From contig JBLDXI010000014.1 of assembly GCA_047495785.1 (NCBI GenBank), forward strand, positions 124,001 through 188,000: 64,000 nt of DNA. Direction: 5' to 3'. A program made the position numbers and the translations under genes. A model generated the notes under the pieces. The model searched no databases. It was not told where the DNA came from and was given only the letters and a program-made list of their open reading frames with translations. Shown here piece by piece: positions 24,480 through 35,859 of this stretch; the stretch's first letter is position 1; every line of letters starts with the position of its first letter. This DNA comes from Lepidodermella squamata. Taxonomy: Eukaryota > Animalia > Gastrotricha.

Positions 24480-25307
24480 CGATTCTGCCGTCTCGGTCAC
24501 GTCGAATGACCAATCGAAGCAACCGGTTGCTAGCACTCCCCTCAGCGAAGCGAGCGTTCCGAAGCCGGAGGAGAAGAGCAAAGACAGCGACGCGTTGTTG
24601 ATCGATGCCGACATTCCAGTCACAGCTGAGCCGCCGAAGCCGGTAGTGGCTGAGGAGCCGAAAATCGCCGTTGAATCGGAATCTGAAAACGAGCACGACG
24701 TGACGACGGAGAATGACGAGGCGTTCATTGTTGTCGACAACAAGAAAAAGCAGAAGAAGCATGCCAAGCAAGCGAAGGCGAAGGCGGCCGAAGCCGAGCG
24801 ACGGGTTTCGGAGGCTGGCGAAGAAGAAGGTGACGAAAATGACAACCACCTCGACACTGCCAAGCTGGAGAAGAAGCCATCTCTCAGCAAGGTCCATTCA
24901 GGTAAATGCAATGTGTTTCGAGTCTTCGGCAGCTCAGAAATTAGACTCATCGTGATCTCATTTTTTAAATTAAACAATTTTCGTTTGCCTTAGATTCGAA
25001 TTTGAATGCCGACAAGCAGCAGCAAAAGACTGATGGCGATTCGAAGCAGCGCCAGGCTGGCAACAACGAGAACGAGGCGCCATCGTCGCTGCGTGTCAAG
25101 GTCGAAAAGGCGGCGCGAAGCCTGACGAACCTGTCGTCCAAGTCGCTGAAGACCATGGGCGTGGTCAACGGCGGTGGTGATGCGACGGCTACCGGCTCCT
25201 CGGCACCCACCTCGCCCAGCTCACCCCTGGCGGACATCTGCGCCGAGAACGTGACTGAAAATGGCAATGCCAACGGCAAATACACCATGCTCGTCAACGA
25301 CGAGTGA
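24480..25307 (+). pseudogene. Promoterless 3' partial copy of the 22339-23504 gene
   Basis: Starts mid-exon 1 at the repeat junction; lacks the ATG and myristoylation motif. Confidence 0.8.
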
Positions 25308-25717
25308 AACCGATGAACTGACAGACTGACGGAGGGTGGACATCTCAGACATGTTGCAATCATTGCATGCCAAATTTGGAAAGATTATACACTTGATGCT
25401 TATTTGAATGCAAATTTTTTAAATGCTGTGTTTATTGCGACGTGCTTCCGGTGTTGAACGACTGCAGCTGCTCAATCTATAATAATAACGACGAGTTCTT
25501 TCTTCAAGTTTTCTTTATTTGAGTCTCTTAGCTTTGGGTGAAAAAATAAAAGCGAGGTAGCATTCCTGTCTTTTCAACTATTTCGGAAGATGGCGTATCT
25601 TACTTCTTGAGAAAAGTGGAATTATCCAAGAAATAATGGATTCTCATATTTTTGTATAAAATGAAGGAAATTGTTTATATTTTTCACCTGTGACCTGAGC
25701 TCCTAACAAGCTCAAAG

Positions 25718-26106
25718 CCGTGAACTGGAGTGCGCAGTGCGGTCACTTAGACATACCAAAATGCGACTACTTCAGCATATCGAAAATCGAAAATCGAAAA
25801 TGTTATGGTAAAGACCCCATGAACAGGGTACCGTTGGATAGCTTGTTTAAATAAGGGCAATCATTTTGAGTAGGCGGCTTTGTTTAAGCCGGCCCGAAAT
25901 TTTAATGAAAATAAAAAAATTCAAAATGTTCCCATAATGTTAGCTGTTATTTTATGTCCCGAAATAGGTTGTATTGATGTGCTATGTACAGGCCTTTACC
26001 CCATCCATGGGGTCTTCACCATACCATTTTCGACTTATGTTATGTAACAGTCCCTATTTTGGCATATCAAAGTGACTTCACTACGCAAAGTCACCCCAGT
26101 TGACGG
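25718..26106. mobile_element. MITE copy 2 (carried in the tandem unit)
   Basis: Same sequence as 23915-24303, offset +1803. Confidence 0.7.
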
Positions 26107-26282
26107 TAGCTCTGACGATAATTTCATGTTTCTGCTGAGTACTAAAACGGTAGTAGCCTTATAACCGAAACCCGCCAAATCTTACGCGAGCCTTACAGAT
26201 TGCGCGATTGGCAATTGGCGGCGATGAGCTCTGATGTCGGAAGTCATTTGCGAGATGAGTTTGCGAGTGTCTGAGTACATAT

Positions 26283-27110
26283 CGATTCTGCCGTCTCGGT
26301 CACGTCGAATGACCAATCGAAGCAACCGGTTGCTAGCACTCCCCTCAGCGAAGCGAGCGTTCCGAAGCCGGAGGAGAAGAGCAAAGACAGCGACGCGTTG
26401 TTGATCGATGCCGACATTCCAGTCACAGCTGAGCCGCCGAAGCCGGTAGTGGCTGAGGAGCCGAAAATCGCCGTTGAATCGGAATCTGAAAACGAGCACG
26501 ACGTGACGACGGAGAATGACGAGGCGTTCATTGTTGTCGACAACAAGAAAAAGCAGAAGAAGCATGCCAAGCAAGCGAAGGCGAAGGCGGCCGAAGCCGA
26601 GCGACGGGTTTCGGAGGCTGGCGAAGAAGAAGGTGACGAAAATGACAACCACCTCGACACTGCCAAGCTGGAGAAGAAGCCATCTCTCAGCAAGGTCCAT
26701 TCAGGTAAATGCAATGTGTTTCGAGTCTTCGGCAGCTCAGAAATTAGACTCATCGTGATCTCATTTTTTAAATTAAACAATTTTCGTTTGCCTTAGATTC
26801 GAATTTGAATGCCGACAAGCAGCAGCAAAAGACTGATGGCGATTCGAAGCAGCGCCAGGCTGGCAACAACGAGAACGAGGCGCCATCGTCGCTGCGTGTC
26901 AAGGTCGAAAAGGCGGCGCGAAGCCTGACGAACCTGTCGTCCAAGTCGCTGAAGACCATGGGCGTGGTCAACGGCGGTGGTGATGCGACGGCTACCGGCT
27001 CCTCGGCACCCACCTCGCCCAGCTCACCCCTGGCGGACATCTGCGCCGAGAACGTGACTGAAAATGGCAATGCCAACGGCAAATACACCATGCTCGTCAA
27101 CGACGAGTGA
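26283..27110 (+). pseudogene. Promoterless 3' partial copy of the 22339-23504 gene
   Basis: Third repeat unit, same truncation. Confidence 0.8.
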
Positions 27111-27532
27111 AACCGATGAACTGACAGACTGACGGAGGGTGGACATCTCAGACATGTTGCAATCATTGCATGCCAAATTTGGAAAGATTATACACTTGAT
27201 GCTTATTTGAATGCAAATTTTTTAAATGCTGTGTTTATTGCGACGTGCTTCCGGTGTTGAACGACTGCAGCTGCTCAATCTATAATAATAACGACGAGTT
27301 CTTTCTTCATTTCTTTATTTGAGTTTTCTTTATTTGAGTCTCTTAGCTTTGGGTGAAAAAATAAAAGCGAGGTAGCATTCCTGTCTTTTCAACTATTTCG
27401 GAAGATGGCGTATCTTACTTCTTGAGAAAAGTGGAATTATCCAAGAAATAATGGATTCTCATATTTTTGTATAAAATGAAGGAAATTGTTTATATTTTTC
27501 ACCTGTGACCTGAGCTCCTAACAAGCTCAAAG

Positions 27533-27921
27533 CCGTGAACTGGAGTGCGCAGTGCGGTCACTTAGACATACCAAAATGCGACTACTTCAGCATATCGAAA
27601 ATCGAAAATCGAAAATGTTATGGTAAAGACCCCATGAACAGGGTACCGTTGGATAGCTTGTTTAAATAAGGGCAATCATTTTGAGTAGGCGGCTTTGTTT
27701 AAGCCGGCCCGAAATTTTAATGAAAATAAAAAAATTCAAAATGTTCCCATAATGTTAGCTGTTATTTTATGTCCCGAAATAGGTTGTATTGATGTGCTAT
27801 GTACAGGCCTTTACCCCATCCATGGGGTCTTCACCATACCATTTTCGACTTATGTTATGTAACAGTCCCTATTTTGGCATATCAAAGTGACTTCACTACG
27901 CAAAGTCACCCCAGTTGACGG
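27533..27921. mobile_element. MITE copy 3 (carried in the tandem unit)
   Basis: Same sequence as 23915-24303, offset +3618. Confidence 0.7.
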
Positions 27922-28430
27922 TAGCTCTGACGATAATTTCATGTTTCTGCTGAGTACTAAAACGGTAGTAGCCTTATAACCGAAACCCGCCAAATCTTAC
28001 GCGAGCCTTACAGATTGCGCGATTGGCAATTGGCGGCGATGAGCTCTGATGTCGGAAGTCATTTGCGAGATGAGTTTGCGAGTGTCTGAGTACATATCGC
28101 ATCCTAAGTCCGATTAACGAGTCACTTACAGAAGGTATCAAGTGATGTGCCTTTAAACGATGCTCAAGTGTATTACGCTTGTGATGCAATAAAATCGGCG
28201 GATGCGGGCTCTGCTGTCTTGTGGGTGACCTACGGCCGTAGACACACGCGGGAATTATAGTAAACTGATGAGGGCAGGGCGCGCAGCTGGCCGCAGGTGC
28301 GCGCGCATTCATTAGCCGGCCGCCGACGCGTGGCTGTCCGGCGGTGAACCCGGAAGCACAGCTGAAAGCGACACTGTCATTCGCCGCTAATAAGTTATCA
28401 TCACCGCCGCTTTAGCCGCTCAACTCGACG

Positions 28431-28461
28431 TATAAAAAGCCATGCCACTCACGGTCAGATC
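28431..28461 (+). promoter_or_regulatory. TATA box and Inr-like element
   Basis: TATAAAAAG at 28431 and TCAGAT about 25 bp downstream, just before the ATG at 28469. Confidence 0.5.
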
Positions 28462-28468
28462 AACAGAC

Positions 28469-29833
28469 ATGTCCTCAGCAGCAGCCGGAACGGTGGGTGT
28501 GAACTGAAACAAAAATTCAACTCCATTCATATTTTTGTCCCTTGAATTTGTTTAGATTGCTTTCGGAACAACTTTCCTAGCCCTCGCAGCAGGCTTGGCA
28601 GTTTTCGCCTCTGTCAGGAGTCGTGAGGAGAATGCCAAATTCGGCATTGTCACCACTCCTTTGCCCGACTTTGCCGAACATCCCGCGATTTCACAGTTTT
28701 TAGCAAGGCTCGCAACGACATCGACAACAACGACGACAACGACTACAACAACAACTAGAACTACACCTCGAACTAAACCTCGCACGACTACATCGACAGT
28801 AAGGCCTCGAGTTACAAGAACGCGCCGTTTGACAACGACCTCCACACTGCCGCCTCGAGTCGAGGTGCATCAAAATTATTTCGACGAAGACCACGTGTCT
28901 TTCATCGACAGATCAGAAGCAGACGCGCAACAGCAGGTTCGAACTTGGAGCAGCCAGAAAAGAGCCCATGCGGCGTCAACACCGGCACCGCAGTGGGTTG
29001 TTCGGCCGAGTTACGCGAGACGTCGACCGACAACAACGCCGTTATCACCAGTTTCTGGCGTGTTTTTCGACAACTTCCCGAGTAATCACTTCACGAGCGT
29101 GTTGTCCGACCCTATCGCTGCACGCCCGATGAATACGGTGCGCCGGCGGGAAACAACTCCGCCTCGAACGCCGACAACTCTCAGCGCCTACAGCCAACAA
29201 TATGCCTCCATGCCGCAATTTTTCGCAGAGGAAGCTCCGCCATCAGCTCCGACACCATCGACTCCTTTCGTTCTGACGTTATTCCCAGAGCCAGCCCCAG
29301 GCAATACTACTACAACACCGTCTCTTCGCCAGAATCGGCGATCAGTACTGCCAGTTCTTACGCCAAGTACGCAAGAGAAACCGAGCATCAGTGCGTCGTT
29401 GGGGGGTGTTGCCGCGCCCGCCGCGTCTCTTCTCGCAGTTATCGCCATCCTGTTATTTGTCGCAGTTCTGCTTGTCGTCGCTCTGTTCGTACAACGTAGA
29501 CATTTCGCTGCGAAGTTGCGCAAGAAAAATGCTGTGGGACATTGCAGCGTTCTGCCGATCTCTGTCCCGCAACCGCAACAACCAGCTATTATCGACCTTT
29601 CGGCATCGAGCAACGCGTCGTCGCCGAGCTGCCTGCCGCGCAACAGTGGTGCCGAGTTCTACTTTGGCTCCGTGCCAGGTTCGCCGAAGCGAGCAGGGTC
29701 ATGTGAAGAGGCGGGCGATATCGTCCGGGCAATGGCGGCGATTTCCGCCGAGCTGGTTGATGCGCAGACCGGCGCTGGAGCCGTCAACTTTACGTCAGCT
29801 ACATCATATGCGATGCCGCTTCATCACTACTAA
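28469..29833 (+). CDS. Type I membrane mucin-like protein, 2 exons (28469-28492, 28556-29833)
   Basis: Spliced signal peptide MSSAAAGT|IAFGTTFLALAAGLAVFASV, Thr/Pro/Arg-rich ectodomain, TM SLLAVIAILLFVAVLLVVALFV followed by QRRH. Confidence 0.8.
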
Positions 29834-30818
29834 AGCATAAAGACAGCTAAAAATGCTCATCTTTAAAAAATTTGAGTGGATTTCATAGATTGAAGATTAT
29901 GATATTGTTATGAATAGATGTTCATCTCTGACTCGGGTGGTCTTGCCATTATTTACTTGTTGTAAAGCTTTGCTGGACATGATTTCAGATTTTAAAATAA
30001 AATACACCGTAAAATAAACCTATACATGTTGCATTATGGTTTTCCTGAAGCCCGACTGTATACAGGGTGTTCAAGAAATTTCCAGCTATTTTTAGCACTG
30101 AACTAAGAAAGGATGACATCCGTTCCATGAGGTACGGTGCTCGTCTTACTGATCTTACTAAACTTTAATTTTTCAGGGTCAACTGTTCAACGGTTCAAAT
30201 ACTTTTTCCCGACAATTGACAAAATATGTGCACGAAATATTGAACTACATGTTTATGAACCAGAGGGTTGCCACAAAGGAGGGGGCGAAGCTCATCGATG
30301 CGCATCAATTTAAGGAGGATTTTCATGAAATTGAAGGGTTTGATCGCAAAATAATGCTTGAAATTCTTAAATTTCTCAAAGCTCCTCATTTAATTAATGC
30401 GCACTCCAACGGCCAACGGGAAACATTATTAAGTAGCAGCAAGCCTCAATGAAATAATCAGGTCTCTTCATTGGTCTCATCACCACTTCTTATTCTTGTT
30501 TGCAAAATTGAATCGATGCAATAACTAACGAGCCTCAATAAACAAAAATTGAATTTATTCGAAAAAAGAATAAAATAGTAACTGATTGTATAAGATCTAT
30601 TGTTCAACTATATCCAAAATAAACTGAATATATGATGAAAAATTTATGGATGTTATGGACCAAACCTCGGGTTCAAAGAAAAGTCGAATAGCTTGCTATA
30701 TTTGAAAAAATATGAGTAAATAAGTGGGGAAAAAATATACTCAAAACAAAAGCAACACGAAATAATCGATTCGCCAAACCCCTTCAAGCACAATTTGATA
30801 GCTTGCGCGGAAAAGTTG

Positions 30819-33800
30819 TTATATCGTGTCGCTTACAAACATGTAGACATTTGCAGCAAGAAGCGTGTCCAGGTAAAGGATAGCAATCGCAACGTCGACA
30901 GCTCGCGCGTAAGTCATTCGCGGTAAAAAACCGATTCGCCGCGCCATAGTTACCATCAGCTTTGGCTTCGCCGTGATCAGCATGTACATTGCCAGTTCAT
31001 AGAGCGTGACTGCCGCCGTCATGGATGCGAGAATCAGGAGGTAGTTAGCGAAGAGAATCGGCTGCGAAGTCTTCGGCAAATGTTGAAGTGTGTCACTTTG
31101 TTGAATTATAATCGCAAGCATCATGGTACCACAAAAAGCTGGCCGGTCGGGTACGTCAGGTTCCATCATGACCGAACCTAGAGATAGCGCGACTAACAAA
31201 TAGCAAGGAACCATCATGTTTATCAGATAGTAATTAGTATCGCGAGCAAACGACAGCGTGATTTTTGCGTAGCTTGTGGTTGAGTTGAAGCGGGTCGTCG
31301 ACTCGACAACGCCGTAACTCTTCAGCTTGCCTGAGAAATGCCACGTCTCACTAGCCATATCATCAGCAGCAAGAACGAAGAGCCCGCCGAACGTTAAGTA
31401 AGTTGAAGATTCGTCGATTAAAAACGTAAAATCGCAGGTTTGACTATCGAAAGGGAAGTTGGTCAAATGGAGGTCGCATCTAGCATCAAATTGGCCGAGT
31501 CTGTTCCAGTGGTAGAAAAGGGTGCGATTTGGTCTAGTAGGATAGTAGACGATCTGCAATTTTTCGCCATAATTCGAATTTGACATGTAGAAGTCATTCG
31601 TGCTGTTGGCGAAAATTATGGCCGGTCGCCAAACATCGGTTCGTGTCGTGGTAACTAAACGCTCCTTGCCATTGACGAGAGGAGCAGTATAGTTTTGTTC
31701 GCAAGAGCTCACAATCCATTGTAGCAGAAGAGTTCCCCATAACGAAACGCGGCCCTCCATCTCGTCGATTGACACGATGCGTTCGACTCCGAAAGTCATA
31801 TAGATTTTTGTTCCCATTGAAGGCGAGCGCGATTCGCTATCAATGTACGGACATGGCTTCAAGTCTTCATAGGCAAGAATAGGAATTTGATTTCCGTCAA
31901 TGAGCCGCGGTATAGGGAACTCTGTGACTGGGTCAACAGAGTTTACTGAAGGTTCCAAGGTGGAGGCTGCCGTAGAAATCAAGAATTTTATTTTGACATG
32001 AGGTTTTATAACCTAACCTGCTTCTCTTCGAACTATCAACGTTGAAGACGAACTACTCGAAGAAGGCCGGATTGATGTGGCCTTAGCGCCTGCCGACGAG
32101 CTGAAACGTGGACCTAAGAGAGCAAAATCGATTGGTCTTAGTTTCATTCTGTTATGGCTGGTCATCATTACTAGTTGGTACAGCTGATGCAGGCGATTGC
32201 GGACCCAATGAAGTGCTATACGTAGATGTTGTCGGTGAAATACTTGATGACGATGAAGCAGCGCTATCTGCAGATGTCGAAAATCTTCAGTTTTTGTGAG
32301 AAATTCAAAGCCTCAGCGCTTACCGGTCGAGGAAAGAGAGATAGAAGGAGCAGATGATGATGAAGAGGAATCAGGGGATGAACTTGTTCCTGTGGAAGTC
32401 ATAGTTCCAGCTGAGAAAACTTAACAATTATTTTATAAATATAAAGCTTATTTACTCGAAGTAGTCGATGTAGGCACGTTAGCAGATGTTGTCGGTGGAG
32501 ATGTTGAGTCTGATACAGTAGAGTTCCCTTCAGTCGGAGTCGTTGCCCAGGTGGTCGTTGTAACAATCGTACTGCTGGTTGTTGGCTCGGCAGTCGACGA
32601 TGTTGTCTCTGGGGACGATGACGTAGATTGCCAAGTGGTTAGTTCTACCGAAGTCGATGCCGAGATAGATGACTTTGAGGTGCTGCTGGTTGCCTCGCTA
32701 TTTGTAGCCGTTGTTGTAGATTGAGAAGTGCTGGTAGAACTCGTAGTAGATAATGCTGTGGTACTGCTGGTTTGCTCTGCAGTTGTAGTGGTAGCCTCAA
32801 CGGTTGTTGAAGACGCCGTTGTCGGCGCTTCAGTTGTTGTAGAGCTGGTTGATTCCGTCGTGGTTGTAGTCGTAGTAGTGCTTGTAGTTGTCGTGAGTAG
32901 GCACGACCCAGGAGAAGTATTGGTGTAGTTAACCGGCTCGCACGATGCGGCTATTCCAGCGTTCAAGGACCAATGATGGCTGTATGTAAGGAGTAATGCT
33001 TGGTATCAGAATTACATAAAAAGACAGCAGAAAATACTATTTCCTGACCACAACAGTGGCGTTTCCATAGGCCTGGATCCGAAAATCGACACCAGCGACT
33101 GAGGAGAAAGAGGTCGAGTTGAAGTTATTCGTCTTGAATGCAGGTCCAACAGAACCATCTGCATTAATCGGAGCCAAAGCGATCTATTATAGGAAAAACG
33201 TCGAACATATGTATAATTGGACCGATTCCAGTAAAATACCGTCAGAAGGGGCCGGATGAGCTGCACAATCAACCGATAGCGCAATGAACCGTTGGAATGA
33301 AAGAAATTTCCGTCGACGTTGACAGTCCCTGCACATCGGAGGGGCAACTTTACAGTGTTAGGGTTGGTGCCGCTGGCAATCCACGTGAAAAATAGGCGCC
33401 CGTCGCCTAAGGCTAGCCTCTGCCAAAGTTGTAGCCCCCCGAACTGTCGAAGTGTATCATTGGTCGTATCTGAAAAACAGAAACGTTGACATTCGCTATG
33501 AAATGATGATTTCCTTATCGAACCCAGAACTTCGGTAACAGGAGCAACGAAGCTAATTCCAAGCCATCCTACAGAGCCATCTGTCAGAACTTGAACATCG
33601 AACTCTACCTCAACACGCCATTGAGAGGTTATTTGTCCTTTGGCTGTTTTCGCGCCAATGATGCCTCCCCAAGTCTGCGAGGCTTGAGTTGTTAGCAGGT
33701 ATCCATCAGCCATTTCGGTTGCTGTGCCAATCAGTGTCACACCTCTGGATCCAATGATAGAGCTGTTCGTCTTGTCAAATGAGTAGGCATCTTGGTATTC

Positions 33801-34821
33801 GCTGCCGACGTATTCACACGGTAAAAGCAAGGCGCTGCTACTTGGAGCCGGATCCACATAACCGGATGATCGAGTTAGATACCATGCATAACTAAAAATA
33901 ATTCGGATCTCATAGGCAATCAAGACAAAACTGCAAGAAACTGTACGATTTTCGAACTACAGCATTCCCGTAGTTTCCGAACAGGCCCACAAATGAAAAA
34001 TATTGACCATATGAAAAATGACCGATTTCTTGAACCAAAGCATTGGAAAAGCAAGTTGCAGGGGATCCAGGGATACCAGCTTCCGGAGCTATAGCAACCT
34101 ATATGTCAAGAAAACTGCTTACTGAACTCTCTCAGTTGAAATTGGAACAAACGGTAATGTAATTTCCGCGATTTTGCAAAATTAAGCGGAAACCCACGGA
34201 ACCAGCCGTTGAATTGAAAAGCCATGAGCTGCCGCATGCAGGTTGCGACACGATGTAGTTGTTCGCGTAAGAAGCAGTGCCGAGAACCAGTGGAACTTGA
34301 GTCGTGGTGGAAACTAGGGGAAAACTGTACCTCAAGTACATTGATCCTCTCGATTTCAGCTCGAGCCAAAGCCATAGTCCAGTAAAGCTCTGAATTGAGT
34401 CATAGTCAGCGGCCCCTGCCGATGCAACTGGAGCACCTGAAAACCCCAGGTTGAAGCCGAACCATCCAGGTGTTGCTACGTCTTGGTATGTAGCTAGAAT
34501 CTCGAATTCTATTCGCCACAACGAATATAAGCTGGTACTAGCAGTTGATGGCAATATGCTGAACCCGCCATATGTCACTGTCGCGTTGTTCAATTCGTAA
34601 CCCTGAGGAGTATCGCCGGGCATATAGCCGAAAGCATACGCCATAATAGTTGAGTTGGACTCGAGGCTACTATTTACGCGATCGAAGGACGCCTGGGGTA
34701 TGAAAACCGGCTCACCCGAGTAGTCGACGGGCAGATCCAACGCTTGCCGGTCAACAACTGGTTGAAATGCTTGGGATTCAATTATCAACAGGCAACAAGA
34801 GACAGCAAAGGTTGCGATCAT
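30819..34821 (-). CDS. Multidomain Cys-loop receptor: signal peptide + 2 L-type-lectin-like domains + Ser/Thr mucin stalk + pentameric ligand-gated ion channel (10 exons, 1171 aa)
   Basis: Exons 34821-34153, 34098-33947, 33891-33524, 33469-33240, 33183-33038, 32979-32456, 32410-32324, 32267-32172, 32113-32018, 31966-30819. All nine introns are GT-AG, 45-58 bp, with matching phases; 3516 nt open. Channel motifs: WRPAI, CDLHLTNFPFDSQTC, four TMs. Confidence 0.82.
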
Positions 34822-35419
34822 TTCGCTTTTTTTGTTTTTTTTTACGAATGTCTGCACTTCGGCGCAATACTTATAGCGGCTATTTCAGAAATCTACTACC
34901 TAGATAAAAACCTACGTCCTAACCACGCTTATTCAACGGCCTACCCAACGCTAAGAAATCCCGCCAGATGCGTGCTTTTTGTTCCATAATTTATTTTTGC
35001 GAGTCACCGATTCGATCAAATAGCCATCAATATTTCATGAATGTGTCTGAGCAGACCTCCGCGTCTGAAATGATTGTCGTACTCACTTGATGCACTGTCT
35101 ACCCTGAAATGTCGTGCTCATCCAGATTTCGACACGCCACATTTTTCGACAGAAGACAATGGCTTGAAAATCAAAAGTCACCTGTGCACCTGTGCACCTA
35201 GAAAGGGATTCTAGTTTGAGAAGTCTCAACCTTGTGATGACTTCAAAGAAGCAGGACGTTCCGAATAATCTCAATTATCCGCTATTTATTAGCAGATATA
35301 TACCGGCTATGAATCAATGTGCTATTTCGCAGATGTACACAAACGCCATTAAAAGATGTCAATTTACAAATCGAATTTTCGAATATAACTTATACGTTAC
35401 CTTGCTGAAGCTAACGGCA

Positions 35420-35471
35420 CCCTTGAGCCTGTGACGTAGATATCTACGTATCTACGTCAAATGCCCTTGAG
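35420..35471. mobile_element. 36-bp palindromic mini-element flanked by an 8-bp direct repeat (hAT-like remnant)
   Basis: CCCTTGAG at 35420-35427 and 35464-35471. Inner ends CCTGTGACGTAGATA / TATCTACGTCAAATG are inverted at 13 of 15 positions. Confidence 0.5.
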
Positions 35472-35859
35472 GTTTGCGCTTAAAGCATGCCTCGTTTTAT
35501 TCATTTCAACTATAATTTACGCGCTTGCGCACCTGTCCTACATAATTTCCGAAATTTATCGAAGGGGCATTGCACATGATTTACCATTAGTAACAACAGC
35601 TCCCATCAAAAATACTGCATTCGGATGACAGCATTGCAGCAGCTAGTGCTCATCAAGTCAACTCGAGATTTATTACTCGATAAGAATTTTAGGGAAATCC
35701 ATGCTTTTGAATCAGTCGGAGAGGCAATTATCTCATAATCGATAAGCAGGTGAACGAAATTTTGTTGCAATCAAGATTTTTCAATTGTCAGATTCAGTTC
35801 GCAGTTTTGATGCAGAAAAACGGTGGCAAAGTACGCGATTGAACCTGTAAATTGCTGCC

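Larger units (their letters stand above)
22677..28099 (+). repeat. Three tandem copies of an 1803-bp unit (22677-24479, 24480-26282, 26283-28097)
   Basis: Identical ORF sets at +1803 offsets. The junctions share a 2-bp CG microhomology. Copy 3 is 12 bp longer. Confidence 0.97.

Noticed and set aside
22167-26780. Minus-strand ORFs overlapping the acidic protein gene, and similar antisense ORFs over the mucin and MEGF6 genes
   Set aside because: Antisense shadows of biased coding sequence.
22677-28099. CRISPR-like or LTR interpretation of the repeats
   Set aside because: Kilobase head-to-tail copies of host gene sequence with no spacers, no TG...CA ends and no internal gag/pol; eukaryotic context.
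30056-30452. TACAGGGTGTTCA mariner-like end, and an intron-like segment before ORF 30216-30452
   Set aside because: No matching second TIR or transposase motif. The upstream exon frame needed for splicing contains a stop, so no consistent model.
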